A stretch of 64,000 nucleotides of DNA. Source: Eledone cirrhosa. Its lineage: Eukaryota. The notes under the pieces were generated by a model. That model made no database searches. It was not told the origin of the DNA and saw only the letters and a list, made by a program, of their open reading frames with translations. The position numbers and the translations under genes are program-made. The stretch covers positions 262,446,001 through 262,510,000 of the forward strand of contig OZ024740.1 of the NCBI GenBank assembly GCA_964016885.1. Direction: 5' to 3'. Positions 15,058-27,613 of this stretch are shown here, in pieces; positions within the stretch are counted from its first letter, which is position 1, and each line of letters opens with the position of its first letter.

Positions 15058-16140
15058 GAATAAAAATGATGAAGATGGTGGAGAAACGCAGCGGAACTGA
15101 ATCAATATCAATACTAAACAGTAGTATACACACTATAGACGTATACTCATTTATAGGAACAGTGAAATTAACACACACACACACACGTACACAATAGAAG
15201 GCACACCTATACATACACTAAATGTACACATATAAACAGAGAGGAATTCTTTCAACTATGATACGCTACATACAAACGACATCAATAAATATATCCAATC
15301 ATACAAACTGACAGAAACACACACACATACACACACAAATACACACTGACACACACACATACTCATACACACACATATATATATATATGTGTGTGTGTGT
15401 GTGAGCGCGCGTGTGTATGTATGTGTGTGCATTGCTTACCTGCACAAGAGTATATACACTGCAGACACCTGAGGCACATGGAAATAATCTTGGTGATACA
15501 TAAACCAGCATTAATAAAAATAAATAAATAACGCTATGAAATAAATATTACCCTGGAAGAAACATTCAACATCACTTATACTCTTTTCTCGAGCCATTGT
15601 GACTCATAAGACCGGTTCTCATCTCTTATTTCCGTATCGTTAAACAGACGAGAGAGAATTCTCCCCCCGGGATAGGACACCAGCCTAACACACTTCAACT
15701 TCCCAGATGAATTGATAGATGATTTTTCAGTTAGATAGATCGAGGCTAGTCGAGTTAATTGACTTGCCCTAGGACACAATGTCATGCCAGCAGCTAAGTA
15801 TGAACTCATAAACTATTGTGCCATGTATTCGTGATAGTCACTCGTAAGATTATCTGACCTAGTTCATTCGGACTTTGTACCACCTTCTGGCATTGACGAA
15901 ATGAAATTACGTGTTCAGGAGAAAATCGTTTTCAAAATCAATACTCTTAAATGAATAACACTTTTGTTTCAACTAACAGTGTGCAAGGGTTATTGTAGCT
16001 TTTAACTACATAACGCTATAAATCTGCCTAACTGACAATAATATATCATCAGTTAGTCTGTCTGACGGTTTATCTGCTTTCAACACAACTTTAGTTATTT
16101 TGTCCGTTAAAAGTATCCATCGGGTAAAGAGGGATATACA

Positions 16141-16176
<36 letters not shown>
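16141..16176. repeat. (TATC)n array 5' of the Tx1 element
   Basis: Nine perfect TATC units. Confidence 0.97.
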
Positions 16177-16177
<1 letters not shown>

Positions 16178-16390
16178 CTGGGATGGACACACGCGTATAA
16201 CTTGCTGAGTAAGTTCTGTTTAAATTTCTATAGAAATTCTTGTCTGATAACTTTAATTTTTGTACCATTTTGTAGAGGGACTGCCAGGTCAAACTTTGAT
16301 CTGGTCAGTCTCTCAAAATATTCTACGCCTTTAGGCGAAATAGTTAAAAAAAAAGTTTTTTTTCTTGTTGAAAAGTCAATATTTTTTTAA

Positions 16391-18178
16391 ATGGCCGAAG
16401 CTTCTTCACCAAAATTCGAAGGAGGAAAGGGGAAGATGAACTTACAGCTTCCCCCTGCCACTGTCACAGTAGCAGAGGTCAAGAAGATAGGTCAGCCAGA
16501 GGAAGAATTCTCTCCACCTGTTAACCGACAACTTGACGTTGCCATGGCAACTACCCAAAGAACCAGCAGCAACAGCAACAACAACAACAATGCGACGGAC
16601 GAAAGCAACACCAATAACAATAACAATAACAACAACAAGACCAATAACGGTGACAACAACAACAATGATAACAACAACACCACCAACGACAACAACAACA
16701 CAAACAAACAAAATTTCTCCTTCGCCGAGACGACAAGGAAAACCCTCGACTATCTGCCAGTAGATATAACAAAAGCGAAGGAGCTACTGGCGGATGCGAA
16801 AAAATATATAGTGTACGGGGAAAATGGTTCATTCACAATCCATTCCCCCCCGGAACTAAAAAGCCAGAGACTCCTAAACACGGTCATGTTTAGGACAATT
16901 TCGAACAAAAGTAAAAAACCAGCTCAACCATCACAGAGCGAGATAGAGCTGGTTTTAAAAGACGTCATGAAGGACATCACCTTCATTCAGAAGGATAGAC
17001 TCTACGGGAGTCTATCCATTCTCATGAAGGACAGGGACACAGCAGTGAAACTGTCCATCAAACCAATCACATCCACCGCATACACCTTCTACCCTACGTA
17101 CATGGGTAGAAGAACACAACAAATAAAAATCCACACCATCCTGCCGATTATGGACATATGGTGGGTTTTGACAGGTTTTCTGGACCTGGAGGATGACATG
17201 CTGGTGTCCATGGGAAAGGCATCGGGTGACGCGTTCAGTGGAACGAGCCTCGAACTTGTAGTTCAAATGAGGCCCGAAAGGATCGCCCAGATCCCTGAAC
17301 GCGTCATACTGGATGATCTAACCTTCATCAACATTACCGTTGAGGGTAGACGGCCCTCGTGTTACCTCTGCGGAACCAGAGGTCACCTGAGGGCTGTCTG
17401 TCCCCAACTTAATAAGAAAACCCCAATCCTGCCTACACCACCAACAACTGCACAACCAACACAATCACCACAACTACCACTACAAAAACAACCACCACAG
17501 CTCAAACCAAAACAAAACAATGTCCAACCCATCCCCTCCACCCAAAAAACAAAAACAATTTCCAAAACACCCGTACCGCAAACACAACCCGAAAATATAC
17601 CCCTCCCCTCCAACGCGGAAGATGACCCTAGTTCGTCGTCAGACGAGGAGGAGCACTTCCACACAATCAAAAGAAAAAAAAGAAAACACACCTCAGACAC
17701 ACAAATGAAAACAACCCCTCCCCAAAACATAACACTGACACCAACACAAAAGAGCTCACAACAGCAAACAAAAAACACCACACAAAAACAAAAACATGCA
17801 TACACATACATAAATACAAGAAACAAAAAACTGTTAAACATTGTGTACAACAACAATCTAATAAAAACACAAGGGCCTAACTTCACCCAGGCAGGGGATT
17901 TCCCCCACCTCAAAATGATTAAGGCCCCACAGGACACCTATAAAACTTTAAAAAACAATTTTAAAGAGGACGTGGGTCCCCCCTGCGTCGGGCCCATTAA
18001 CCGCGTCCTCCTAAAAAACTATCCCACCCCCTCCCCAAACACCCTCACAACTCCAAGCTCCCCAACCACACAACACACTGATGCCCCCACACTTCCACAA
18101 ACCACCACCCCACCCAACAACCCATCCCCCACCCTAATGGAAATTGTGCAGCCCGATACCCGGGACGCAGAGAGGTAA
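16391..18178 (+). CDS. ORF1p, gag-like nucleic-acid-binding protein with CCHC zinc knuckle (595 aa)
   Basis: Knuckle CYLCGTRGHLRAVC (CX2CX4HX4C), basic patch KRKKRK, and N-rich and P/Q/T-rich low-complexity segments. Confidence 0.92.
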   Translation: MAEASSPKFEGGKGKMNLQLPPATVTVAEVKKIGQPEEEFSPPVNRQLDVAMATTQRTSSNSNNNNNATDESNTNNNNNNNNKTNNGDNNNNDNNNTTNDNNNTNKQNFSFAETTRKTLDYLPVDITKAKELLADAKKYIVYGENGSFTIHSPPELKSQRLLNTVMFRTISNKSKKPAQPSQSEIELVLKDVMKDITFIQKDRLYGSLSILMKDRDTAVKLSIKPITSTAYTFYPTYMGRRTQQIKIHTILPIMDIWWVLTGFLDLEDDMLVSMGKASGDAFSGTSLELVVQMRPERIAQIPERVILDDLTFINITVEGRRPSCYLCGTRGHLRAVCPQLNKKTPILPTPPTTAQPTQSPQLPLQKQPPQLKPKQNNVQPIPSTQKTKTISKTPVPQTQPENIPLPSNAEDDPSSSSDEEEHFHTIKRKKRKHTSDTQMKTTPPQNITLTPTQKSSQQQTKNTTQKQKHAYTYINTRNKKLLNIVYNNNLIKTQGPNFTQAGDFPHLKMIKAPQDTYKTLKNNFKEDVGPPCVGPINRVLLKNYPTPSPNTLTTPSSPTTQHTDAPTLPQTTTPPNNPSPTLMEIVQPDTRDAER

Positions 18179-18202
18179 GTGCCTTTTCTCTTCACCACCA
18201 AC

Positions 18203-21200
18203 ATGGCTATGCTAAGAGTAGGCTGTTTAAATGCGCGTGGCCTGGGCTCAACTTGGAAGCAAGCAATGCTTCTAAATGACCTCAGGTCACAACGTATAGA
18301 TGTGATGGTTATTTGCGAGGCCCGGATCAGCAACGTGCGACAGCTGGCCCCCACCTTTGATGACTTTGAGATGCACGCATCTCTCTGTCAGCCCGGAGGT
18401 GGGGGTGGAGTTGTCGTTCTGCTGCAAAAACATCTGGGTCTCGCAACACAGATGGTACATTTGGACCCGGAGGGTCGACTAGTGGTTCTGGACCTTGGCA
18501 GTGGTAAAGGCGGAGCGTTTAGGTTGGTAGCCGCCTACGGCCCTTTCGGGTCAATGCGGCCGGACTTCTTCCATCGTCTGGAGACTTTTCTAGGGACGTC
18601 CCGCTCCTTGCTATTAGTGGGGGACTGGAATGGTATCCTAGATGCACGCTGGGACTACGTAGGGGCCTGCCCCGATAGAGAGGGGTGTAATAGCCTCAAA
18701 GGGTTAATCGGTCGATTTGACCTGGCCGATAGATATCGACTAGATTTTCCGACTGCGCCAACCTGGACTTGGGCAAATCGTAGCGGATCATCTAGGTCGT
18801 ACCTAGATAGGTTCTTAGTTAGAATTAAGGATAAGGACTTTTTAAGTTGTCCAAAAATGCGCATTGTTGGCTATTCAGACCACAAATTAGTGACCTGCAT
18901 GGTCAACCTTGACAGAACTCATAGACAGGGCCCCGGTTACTGGAAGCTCAACTTGTCCTTGCCGGCAAGTAGAGCCTACAGGAATCGGATTAGTACGTTA
19001 GTTAAGGAACGGTTGACTGGAGCGATCGTCAACAGCAGGTGGTGGGTATCTCTAAAGAGAGAGATTAGAGTAGTCTCGATAGAATTTAGTAAGGTTCTAG
19101 CTGCGGATAGGAATAGGAAGGAAAGGGAGCTAATAGATAGAGTAGAAGAGGCAATTAGAAGCGGCGACGTGGCCAGAGTGCTAGCGTCGAGAACGGCGTT
19201 GAGCCAGTTTTTCGACGCGAAGCACGAAGGCTGCGTTGTCCGAAGTAAAATACGTGCTCTAGGGAACGAGGGGACCAAAGCTGTTAGCTGGGCCCGCGTG
19301 ACAGAGGCCAACAGTGGAACTAAATCCACCATCCGGTCTTTGCAAGACCTGGATGGACGGGCGATTCTTGAGCCTAAGCAGATGTGTGAGGCCTTTCAAA
19401 GGCACTTTGCCCGACTGTTCGGGAGGGGCGGGGAGCCGGTTGGGAACGTGGACTTCGGTCCATACCTCGACGGCCTGCCGCGCCTCTCGGACAGGGAGGC
19501 GAAGTCCTGCGAGGAGCCGATTTCGGCCGCTGAGATAGAGGACGTGCTGAGCCAATGCGGCAAACGCAAATCCCCGGGTCTCGATGGTCTTCCTTACGAA
19601 TTATATCTAGCTATGCCGGACTTGTTCCCCGATCTCCTCGAGGCGGTCTACTGCAACTGGCAACAGAACGGGAGAATTCCCTGTACTGTGACCAAGGGCG
19701 TAGTCACGCTAGTGAGGAAGGACGAGAACAAGGGGGACGAAATAAGTAACTTCAGGCCCATAACACTGCTAAATACAGAGTTACAGATTTTGGCCAAGGT
19801 GCTAGCAAAGAGGTTGGCGCTTGTCGTGGGCAACCTGGTGGGAGATGCGCAGACATGCGCTATCCCGTCCAGGTCCATCCATGACAACCTCCACCTCATG
19901 CGATACATCATAGAGAGGGTTGGGAACGAACCCGGCTTTGGTGGGGCTCTGATCAACTTGGATCAATCTAAGGCGTTCGATAGGGTCGACCATGGTTACC
20001 TGGATGCGGTGCTAGCGGCGGCAGGCTTCGGACCCGTTTTCAGGGGCTGGATCACTGCTATGCACAGCAGCCGCATCTGCTCTAGGGTCAAGGTGAACGG
20101 CTACCTCTCGGAGCCGTTCAAAATCGCGCGGTCCATCCGACAAGGGTGCCCTCTCTCCTCCCTTCTGTATGTGTTGACTCTCGAGCCACTACTGCGGAAG
20201 TTGGAGTTGTTGCAGGGCATCCCTTTGGAACCGGGATTGCGGAAAGCGGTGTCGGCCTACGCCGATGACGTGACAGTAATGGTGTCGACGGCCTCCGAAA
20301 TCGAGGCGGTCGGCACCTTACTGGAGGAGTACGAAAAGTTCACAGGGGCTAAGCTGAACCGGGACAAGTCGATCGGTTTGCAACTCGGCACGTGGAGGGG
20401 CAGACCGATGCCCTCCGATAGCGTCGTCGGACGCTGGACGGAGGGCCCGGTGAAGTTGCTCGGGGTCTGGTTCGGACCGGACCTCCAGGTGGAGAAAAAC
20501 TGGGCGGAGGTTACGAACAGGGTGTTTGCACTGAGCCAGAAGTGGGCCAGTTGCAAACTATCCCTGAAAGGTCGGGCGGAGGTGGCGAACACCTACATAG
20601 CGTCCGTCATCTACTACCGCCTGACCGTAGTGCCCTGCCCAAGGGAAACCCTCACCAAGATGGAGCGCGCGCTCTTCCAATTCCTTTGGAAGAGGCGGGC
20701 TCCTATGGTGAGGAGATCCATCTGCTGTCAACACCCTTCGAAAGGAGGGCTGGGGATGCCGTGGCTAATGATGCGTAAACACGCATTAAGGCTACGGCAC
20801 CTCTACGTATTCCTCACCGGACAACCGGTGTGGGCCTCGTTTGTGAGACGAACCTTTCCCAAACTCGTCTCACTCACCGAGCTGCAATCCTGGGTCAAGC
20901 AAAGACCGAGAAAACTGGGCGCCTGGCACACTGAGTGTGCCCAGGCGCTCACCGCCCTCTGGCAGGCGGATCCGGTTATCAGTGGAGACTCCACCGCAAC
21001 ATTCTATAGAGGGCTGGTACGCAGCAGGTGCGACGACGCCCTCGGAGAAGCCCTAGACATGGAGGAGGACGAACTGGCCAGCCTGTTCGGTAGGACATTC
21101 AGCCCGGGACCTATGGACAACTTCCAGAAGTCCCTGGCCTGGCAGTGCTACCGAGGGGCTTTACCCGTTCGAGAAAGGCTCTACAGACACGGGCGCCCGG

Positions 21201-21640
21201 GTAGGGACCCCGCCAAAAAGATCTGTCCCAGATGCGTGTGCGACGAGGAAACCGTTGCACACGCATTAGTACACTGCTCGGGCGTAGCCGATCTGTGGGG
21301 CTATGTCGAACAACTGCTGTCAAGGGTGGGACCGATCCGGTTGACCACCGAGTCGATTGTAATGATCAAGCCGCCTCCCCCCTTCAAAGATGAAGCAGAG
21401 GCGGTGTTTCTGTGCGTAATAGCCATGGCGAAAGAGGTTGTATGGTGGACGCGTCTGAAAGGACTGAGGTCGGGCACCTTTCTCTCTGGCCAACAACTGG
21501 TCCGTTTCTTCCGATATCATTTCGGAAGAAGGATCAGGATGGAGAGAGAGGTGCTGCACCCCAGCCGTTTCTATGAAAGATGGGTGAAAGTGGCGAGAAT
21601 GGCCCGTGTGAATGGGCCTTCACTCTACATCAGACTATAG
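18203..21640 (+). CDS. ORF2p: APE endonuclease, reverse transcriptase and C-terminal Cys/His finger
   Basis: APE motifs LNARGL, ICE, GDWN, LDRF, SDH. RT motifs SPGLDG, FRPITLLN, DQSKAFDRV, RQGCPLS, YADD, KLLGV. C-terminal CPRC..ETVAHALVHC. ATG at 18203 is preferred over the track's GTG at 18179 because CCACCAACATGGCT is conserved in copy 2. Confidence 0.97.
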   Translation: MAMLRVGCLNARGLGSTWKQAMLLNDLRSQRIDVMVICEARISNVRQLAPTFDDFEMHASLCQPGGGGGVVVLLQKHLGLATQMVHLDPEGRLVVLDLGSGKGGAFRLVAAYGPFGSMRPDFFHRLETFLGTSRSLLLVGDWNGILDARWDYVGACPDREGCNSLKGLIGRFDLADRYRLDFPTAPTWTWANRSGSSRSYLDRFLVRIKDKDFLSCPKMRIVGYSDHKLVTCMVNLDRTHRQGPGYWKLNLSLPASRAYRNRISTLVKERLTGAIVNSRWWVSLKREIRVVSIEFSKVLAADRNRKERELIDRVEEAIRSGDVARVLASRTALSQFFDAKHEGCVVRSKIRALGNEGTKAVSWARVTEANSGTKSTIRSLQDLDGRAILEPKQMCEAFQRHFARLFGRGGEPVGNVDFGPYLDGLPRLSDREAKSCEEPISAAEIEDVLSQCGKRKSPGLDGLPYELYLAMPDLFPDLLEAVYCNWQQNGRIPCTVTKGVVTLVRKDENKGDEISNFRPITLLNTELQILAKVLAKRLALVVGNLVGDAQTCAIPSRSIHDNLHLMRYIIERVGNEPGFGGALINLDQSKAFDRVDHGYLDAVLAAAGFGPVFRGWITAMHSSRICSRVKVNGYLSEPFKIARSIRQGCPLSSLLYVLTLEPLLRKLELLQGIPLEPGLRKAVSAYADDVTVMVSTASEIEAVGTLLEEYEKFTGAKLNRDKSIGLQLGTWRGRPMPSDSVVGRWTEGPVKLLGVWFGPDLQVEKNWAEVTNRVFALSQKWASCKLSLKGRAEVANTYIASVIYYRLTVVPCPRETLTKMERALFQFLWKRRAPMVRRSICCQHPSKGGLGMPWLMMRKHALRLRHLYVFLTGQPVWASFVRRTFPKLVSLTELQSWVKQRPRKLGAWHTECAQALTALWQADPVISGDSTATFYRGLVRSRCDDALGEALDMEEDELASLFGRTFSPGPMDNFQKSLAWQCYRGALPVRERLYRHGRPGRDPAKKICPRCVCDEETVAHALVHCSGVADLWGYVEQLLSRVGPIRLTTESIVMIKPPPPFKDEAEAVFLCVIAMAKEVVWWTRLKGLRSGTFLSGQQLVRFFRYHFGRRIRMEREVLHPSRFYERWVKVARMARVNGPSLYIRL

Positions 21641-21904
21641 GTGAGGAAGATAAAAGACCAAGGGAGCACCCCTTCTCTGTGCTCCTGAGGAGAAGGGTTG
21701 CACACTTTTTTCGGGGGTGTGTGCGACCCCCCAAGGCGCCTCCTCTCTATTGAGGATTTTGTTAAAAATTTTATTTTTTGTTATATCTTATTTTATTTTT
21801 ATATTTTGTTATTGCCTTCTCCTTATTGAGGACGCCTTTTTGTGTAAACTCCCCCCTTTGTACTTGTCCCACTTTTGATGCCCTAGTGGCAAATAAAAGA
21901 AATA

Positions 21905-21953
<49 letters not shown>

Positions 21954-22008
21954 GTATATGTATATATCTCTCTGTATATCTATCTGTATATGTATCTACG
22001 TGTCTATC
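21905..22008. repeat. (TATC)n array, perfect then decayed, between the two Tx1 copies
   Basis: Seen directly in the sequence. Confidence 0.95.
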
Positions 22009-22009
22009 T

Positions 22010-25000
22010 CCACAACCACAAAACAAGCAATTGAGAACAACAAAAACAACAACAACAACGACAACAACGACAACAACAACAACAGCAACCATAAAAAATC
22101 TTTTGCGACAGTAAGAAAAGGAACTTTTACAAATATTGATATTTCCAATGCGAAGTAAATGATCAATGAAGGAAAAAATATATTACCTTCGAGGAAAAAG
22201 GGAGATTTAAAATCACCTCTCCGCCACAAATCAAAGCCGAAACTAAGCGAAGGACTGTGATTTTTCGCACGATTTTGAACAAACAAAGAAAACGTGCTTT
22301 CCTTACTCAGGGCGAAATTGAAATCGTCTTGAAAGAGGCAATGCCGGAATTACAATACATACAAAGGGCTAAACTATATGGAAGCATTTCGGTGCTCTTC
22401 AAAAGTGAGGCCCTTGTGAAAAAATACTCAGTGAACCCGGTCACCTCTGCCACACACACCTTTTTCCCTACATACATAGGAAAAAGAACACAAAAAATAA
22501 ACATCACCAGTATACCACTCAACATTAACATCTGGTGGATTCTGGCAGGGTTCTTGGAGGAAGATGAAGACACAATACTGTCGATTCAAAAATCCACAAG
22601 AAACACCTGGAACGGCACAAGCTTGGAAATTTTGATCCAAATGAAACCGGACAGAATTTCCAAGATACCAGAAAGGGTGCCAGTAGACAATACAAACTAT
22701 ATATAGATTTCAGCAAAGCGGGAGGCCACATTGTTTTAAATGCGCAAGCACATCGCATTTAAAGGTCTCCTGTCCTCTCTAAGGAACAAACACCCCCCCC
22801 CCAAGTACTTTTACCAACACCAACTCCTAAACCACAACAACAACATACAAAACAAGCAAACACACATAAACAAACAACTGTTAAACCACAAACAACAGAA
22901 AAAACAAACAATTCCCCTGAAAAACACAGTCCCACCCCATCCAACTCCATCCAACACTACCACAATCACACACACACAAACACACCATCACCACGCAACA
23001 TACCCCTCCCACACGCCGGTGATGACGATTCATCACCAGACACGAGGCTACTTCACCATCCCTAAGTGAAGATGAGGGAGAGTCTCTTAAATTAAAAAAA
23101 ATCAACAAAAAAAGAGACACCACAAAACCACAAAAAATAACAATCACCAACACGAACACCCAACCACCAACACAAAAAACAACACAAACACCACCACAAT
23201 CAAACCGCCCTCTACCAGCAAAACAAACACCAACACAAATGCCCACCATAAAAAGAAAACTAAAAAATGAACAATAAACCAAAACAACACAAGAAAAAAC
23301 AAACAAACAACAATACACATACATTAACACAAACAACAAAAACCTAATGGAGGTCATCTCCCAAGACCCCAAAGTAGAAACTGAGGGGAAAACTTTTGTA
23401 AAAGCAGACTCTCAACCACACCTAAAACTAATAAGGGTTTCGATAGAAACCTATCAGAATTGAAAGAACAGTTTTCACAGGACGTTGGCAACCCCTGCCA
23501 AAAACCAATAAACCGTGTCCTGTTGAAATGTTTCCCCACCCCACTCAACACCCTAACCAGAACTGAAATCGAGATTGAACAACCGGATCTCCAGGAAACG
23601 AAAAGTTAAGTGCACCTTTTCGTCCTTTTCGCCAACTCTTCTCCACCAACATGGCTGACTTACGAGTTGGAAGCGCGAATGTGCGTGGCCTAGGGATGCC
23701 CTGGAAACAGGGCCAACTTTTAAACGACCTTAGGTCACACGGTATAGATGTAATAGCCATCACCGAGTCCAGGATCCACAACAGGCAGCAACTATACCCC
23801 ATCTTCAATGACTTTGAGATCTACGCATCTCTCTGTCAGCCGCGAGGTGGAGGGGGAGCGACTGTCATGTTTCGGAAAAACCTGGATCTCGAAGTACAGC
23901 AAGTACACTTGGACCCAGAGGGTAGACTAGTAGTTCTAGACGTGAACAGTATTGGAGGTGGAGCCTTCAGACTGGTGGCCGTTTATACCCCGACCGGGCA
24001 ATCACAATCGCGGCCAGACTTCTTTAAGCGTCTAGAGTCTTTTCTGGGAACGTCTCGCTCCTTACTTTTAGTGGGGGACTGGAATGGTATCCTAGATGCA
24101 CGATGGGACTATGTGGGAGCATGTCCCGGTAGAGCGGGGTGCAACAGCCTCAAAAGTCTAGCAGGCCAATTCCAACTGGCCGATAGATATCAACTAGATT
24201 TCCCAACTGCACCACAGTGGACATGGGCAAACTGCAGTGGGACATCATCTAGATCATATCTAGATAGGTTTTTCATTAGAGAAAAAGACAAGAAGATGTT
24301 AAGCTGTCAACAAATGCACATGGTTGCTTATTCAGATCACAAACTAGTCGTCTGCATAGTCAACCGTGATAGTATACATAGACAAGGAGCCGGATACTGG
24401 AAGCTGAACGTGTCGTTGCCGGCACGAAAAGCCTAGACTGAACGGATAAGTAGATTAGTTAAGCAAGAGTTGACGGGAGCCATGGTCAACAATAGATGTT
24501 GGTACTCTCTCAAGAGAACAATTAGATTAGAATCGATGGGGTTTAGCAGAGAATTAGCTTTAGAGAAAAACAAATCAGAAACAGAACTAGTAGCCAAGGT
24601 AGAAGAGGCGCTTAGGAGTGGCAACGCAGCTAGAGTGCTAGCATCGAGAACGGCACTGGACCAGTTCTTCGACGCGAAACACGAGGGCTGTGTGGTCAGA
24701 AATGAATCACGTGCTCTAGGAAACGAGGGAGCAAAAACTGTTAGCTGGGCCCGAGTGGCGGAAGGGAAAAGTGGCAACAAATCAACGATTCGGTCAATGA
24801 AAGACCAAAACGGACGCGTGTTACTTGACCCCGGGAAGATGTGCGCGGCCTTTCAGCGGCACTTTGCGCGACTGTCTGAGCAGAACAACGGTGCACAGAA
24901 CGGGGCAATGGACTTTGGTTTATACCTCGACGGCCTGCCGCGTCTCTCGAGCATGGACGCCGAGTTCTGCGAAGGACCGATCACATACACTGAGATACGG

Positions 25001-27312
25001 GACGCTCTGTGCCACTGCGGAAAACGCAAATCATCCGGTCTAGATGGTCTACCCTATGAGCTTTACATAGGCATACCGCACTTGTTCTCTGGCATCCTCG
25101 AAGCTGTCTACTGGAATTGGCACCAGAACGGGACAAATCCCAGTTCTGCAGGCAAGGGCGTAGTAACGCTGATCAGGTAAGTCGAGAACAAGGGTGACGA
25201 AATAAACAATTTGAGATCCATAACTCTGCTCAACACAGATTTAAAGATTTTGGCCAAGGTTCTAGCAACGAGGCTGGCGCTTGTCGTCGAAAACCTGGTA
25301 GGGAAAGCGCAAACGTGTGCAACCCCGACAGGTCCATACACGACAACCTCCACCTCATGCGATACATCATAGAGAGGGTGGGGATCCGATCAATTTAGAT
25401 CAGTCTAATGCATTCGATAGGGTCGACTATCGATACTTGGAAGCGGTTCGCAAGGCGGCCGGTTTCGGTCCCGTTTTCAGGGGCTGGATCAAGGCGATGC
25501 ACACCAGCATCTGCTCGAGGGTCAAGGTGAACGGCTACCTATTGGAGCCGTTCGCAATCACGAGTTCCATTCGACAGGGATGCCCTCTCTGCTCCAATAT
25601 GTTCGTATTGACTCTAGAGCCACTACTGTCGAAGTTGGAGCTTTTGCAGGGCATCCCTTTAGAACCGGGACTGCGAAAAGCTGCGTCGGCGTATGCCGTC
25701 GACGTGACGGGAATGGTGTCGAAAACCTCGGAAATCAAGGAAAAGGCAACCTACTTCAGGAATACGAAAGTTTCACAGGAGCAAAACTGAACCCGGACAA
25801 GTCTGTCGGTTTGCAACTCGGAACGTGGAGAGGCAAACCGATGCCGTCCGACAGCGTCGTCGGACGCTGGAAGGAAGGACCAGTGAAATTGCTCGGGGTC
25901 TGGTTCGGTCCAGACCTCCAGGTGGAGAAAAACTGGAACGAGGTCATGGCCAAGGTATTTGCGCTCACTCAGAAGTGGGTAAACTGCAAACTGTCTTTGA
26001 AAGGTCGAGCGGAGGTGGCGAACACTTTCATAGCGTCCGTCATCTACTACCGCTTGACTGTCGTGCCTTGTCCCCGTGAATACCTCACCAAGATGGAACA
26101 CATGCTCTTCCAGTTCCTGTGGAAGAAGCAGGCTCCACTGGTGAGGAGATCCGTCTGCTGTCAACACCCTTCCAACGGAGGGCTGTGTATGCCGTGGCTA
26201 ATGATGCGCAAACATGCGCTAAAGCTACTGCATCTCCAGGTATTCCTCACCGACCAACCAGTGTGGGCACCGTTTGTGAGACAGGCCTTCCCACAACTTG
26301 TATCGCTAACGGAGCTGCAGTCCTGGGTGAAGAGAAGATAGAAGAGGATGTGCGCCTGGCACATTGAATGCGCCAAGGCGCTCACAGTCCTGTGTCAAGC
26401 CGGCACGGCAATCAGTGGAGACTCCACTTCGATATTCTATAGAGGATTAGTACTTTACAAGTGCGACGACGGGCTCGGGTGACTCTAGGCGTCGAAGACG
26501 ACAAGTTCACCAGTCTGTTCGTTAGGACTTTCCGCCCGGGACCTATGGGCAATTTCCAGAGGTCCCTGGCCTGGCAGTGCTACCGAGGAGCTCTACCCGT
26601 TCGAGATAAAATCTACAGGCACAGACGCCCCGGCAGGGATCCTTCCAGGAGGACGTATCCAAGATGCGAGCAGGACATTGAAACCGTCTTGCAGGCAATT
26701 GTACCCTTCCCGGGCGTAAGCGACCTGTAGAACTATGCAGAACAACTGCTGTCGCGTATGGGACAAATCCAGTTGACTGCCGAGTCCATAGTAAGGATCA
26801 AACCGCCAGCCTCTTTCAAAAACGAAAGAGAGGCGGTTTTCCTCTGTACAGTGGCTATGGTGAAAGAGGTTATATGGTGGACCAGATTGAGAGGACTGAG
26901 GACAGATGCCTTTCTCTCCGGATAACAATTGATTCCCTTCTTTAAGTATCACTTTATAAGGAGAATCAGAGTGGTGAGAGAGGCACTTCACCCCAGTAAA
27001 TTTCCTGAAAGGTGGGTGAATGAAGCGAAAATGACTCGAGTGATAGGGCCTTCTCTGTTCATAAACCTGTAGGTTAAAGAAGAGAGCAAAAGGAAGAAGG
27101 GAGCTCTTGCACAACACGCTCCTGAAGTTGAGGGTTGTTCTATCGACGGGGTATTAAACAATCCATTTGTGGCGCTTCCCCCCTATTGGGGATTTCGATT
27201 GTTGTAATTGTTTCTTTTTATATTTTTTACACGACTGTATGTAAAATCACCGGCATGTCTTTGTATTGTCCCCTTTTCTTGTGCGCCATTGTGGCAAATA
27301 AAGAAATATATC
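22010..27312 (+). pseudogene. Decayed Tx1-clade element, copy 2 (ORF1 remnant 22010-23608, ORF2 remnant 23651-27072)
   Basis: ORF fragments at 22257, 23651, 24470, 25317, 25580 and 26461 are collinear with copy 1. There are multiple stops and frameshifts, and YADD is changed to YAVD. The 3' end GTGGCAAATAAAGAAATATATCT matches copy 1. Confidence 0.95.
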
Positions 27313-27566
27313 TGTTTTTCTTATTGCTCTCTGTCTATTTGTCTATCTATCTTTACCTATACTCCATGTATGTATGTATGTATGTATGTTCTTCTGGTTT
27401 TATAATTTCACAAATGTTTACCAATAGAGAGAGAGAGTCGGTTTCTAACATAGACACACGACTCTCTCATTGGCATTTACACAACATCAACTAGGTAGAT
27501 TATGTATGCATGTCTGCATGTATCCGTCGTTTCCGAATTTTTGTTTGTCTCTTATATGTCCCTCGT

Positions 27567-27613
<47 letters not shown>

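Larger units (their letters stand above)
16177..21905 (+). mobile_element. Full-length Tx1/L1-clade non-LTR retrotransposon, copy 1
   Basis: ~210-bp 5'UTR, two uninterrupted ORFs, ~260-bp 3'UTR with AATAAA at 21892, and (TATC)n on both sides. Confidence 0.95.

Noticed and set aside
16442-27117. Antisense and alternate-frame ORFs overlapping the Tx1 copies
   Set aside because: Shadow ORFs of GC-rich or low-complexity coding sequence with no motifs.
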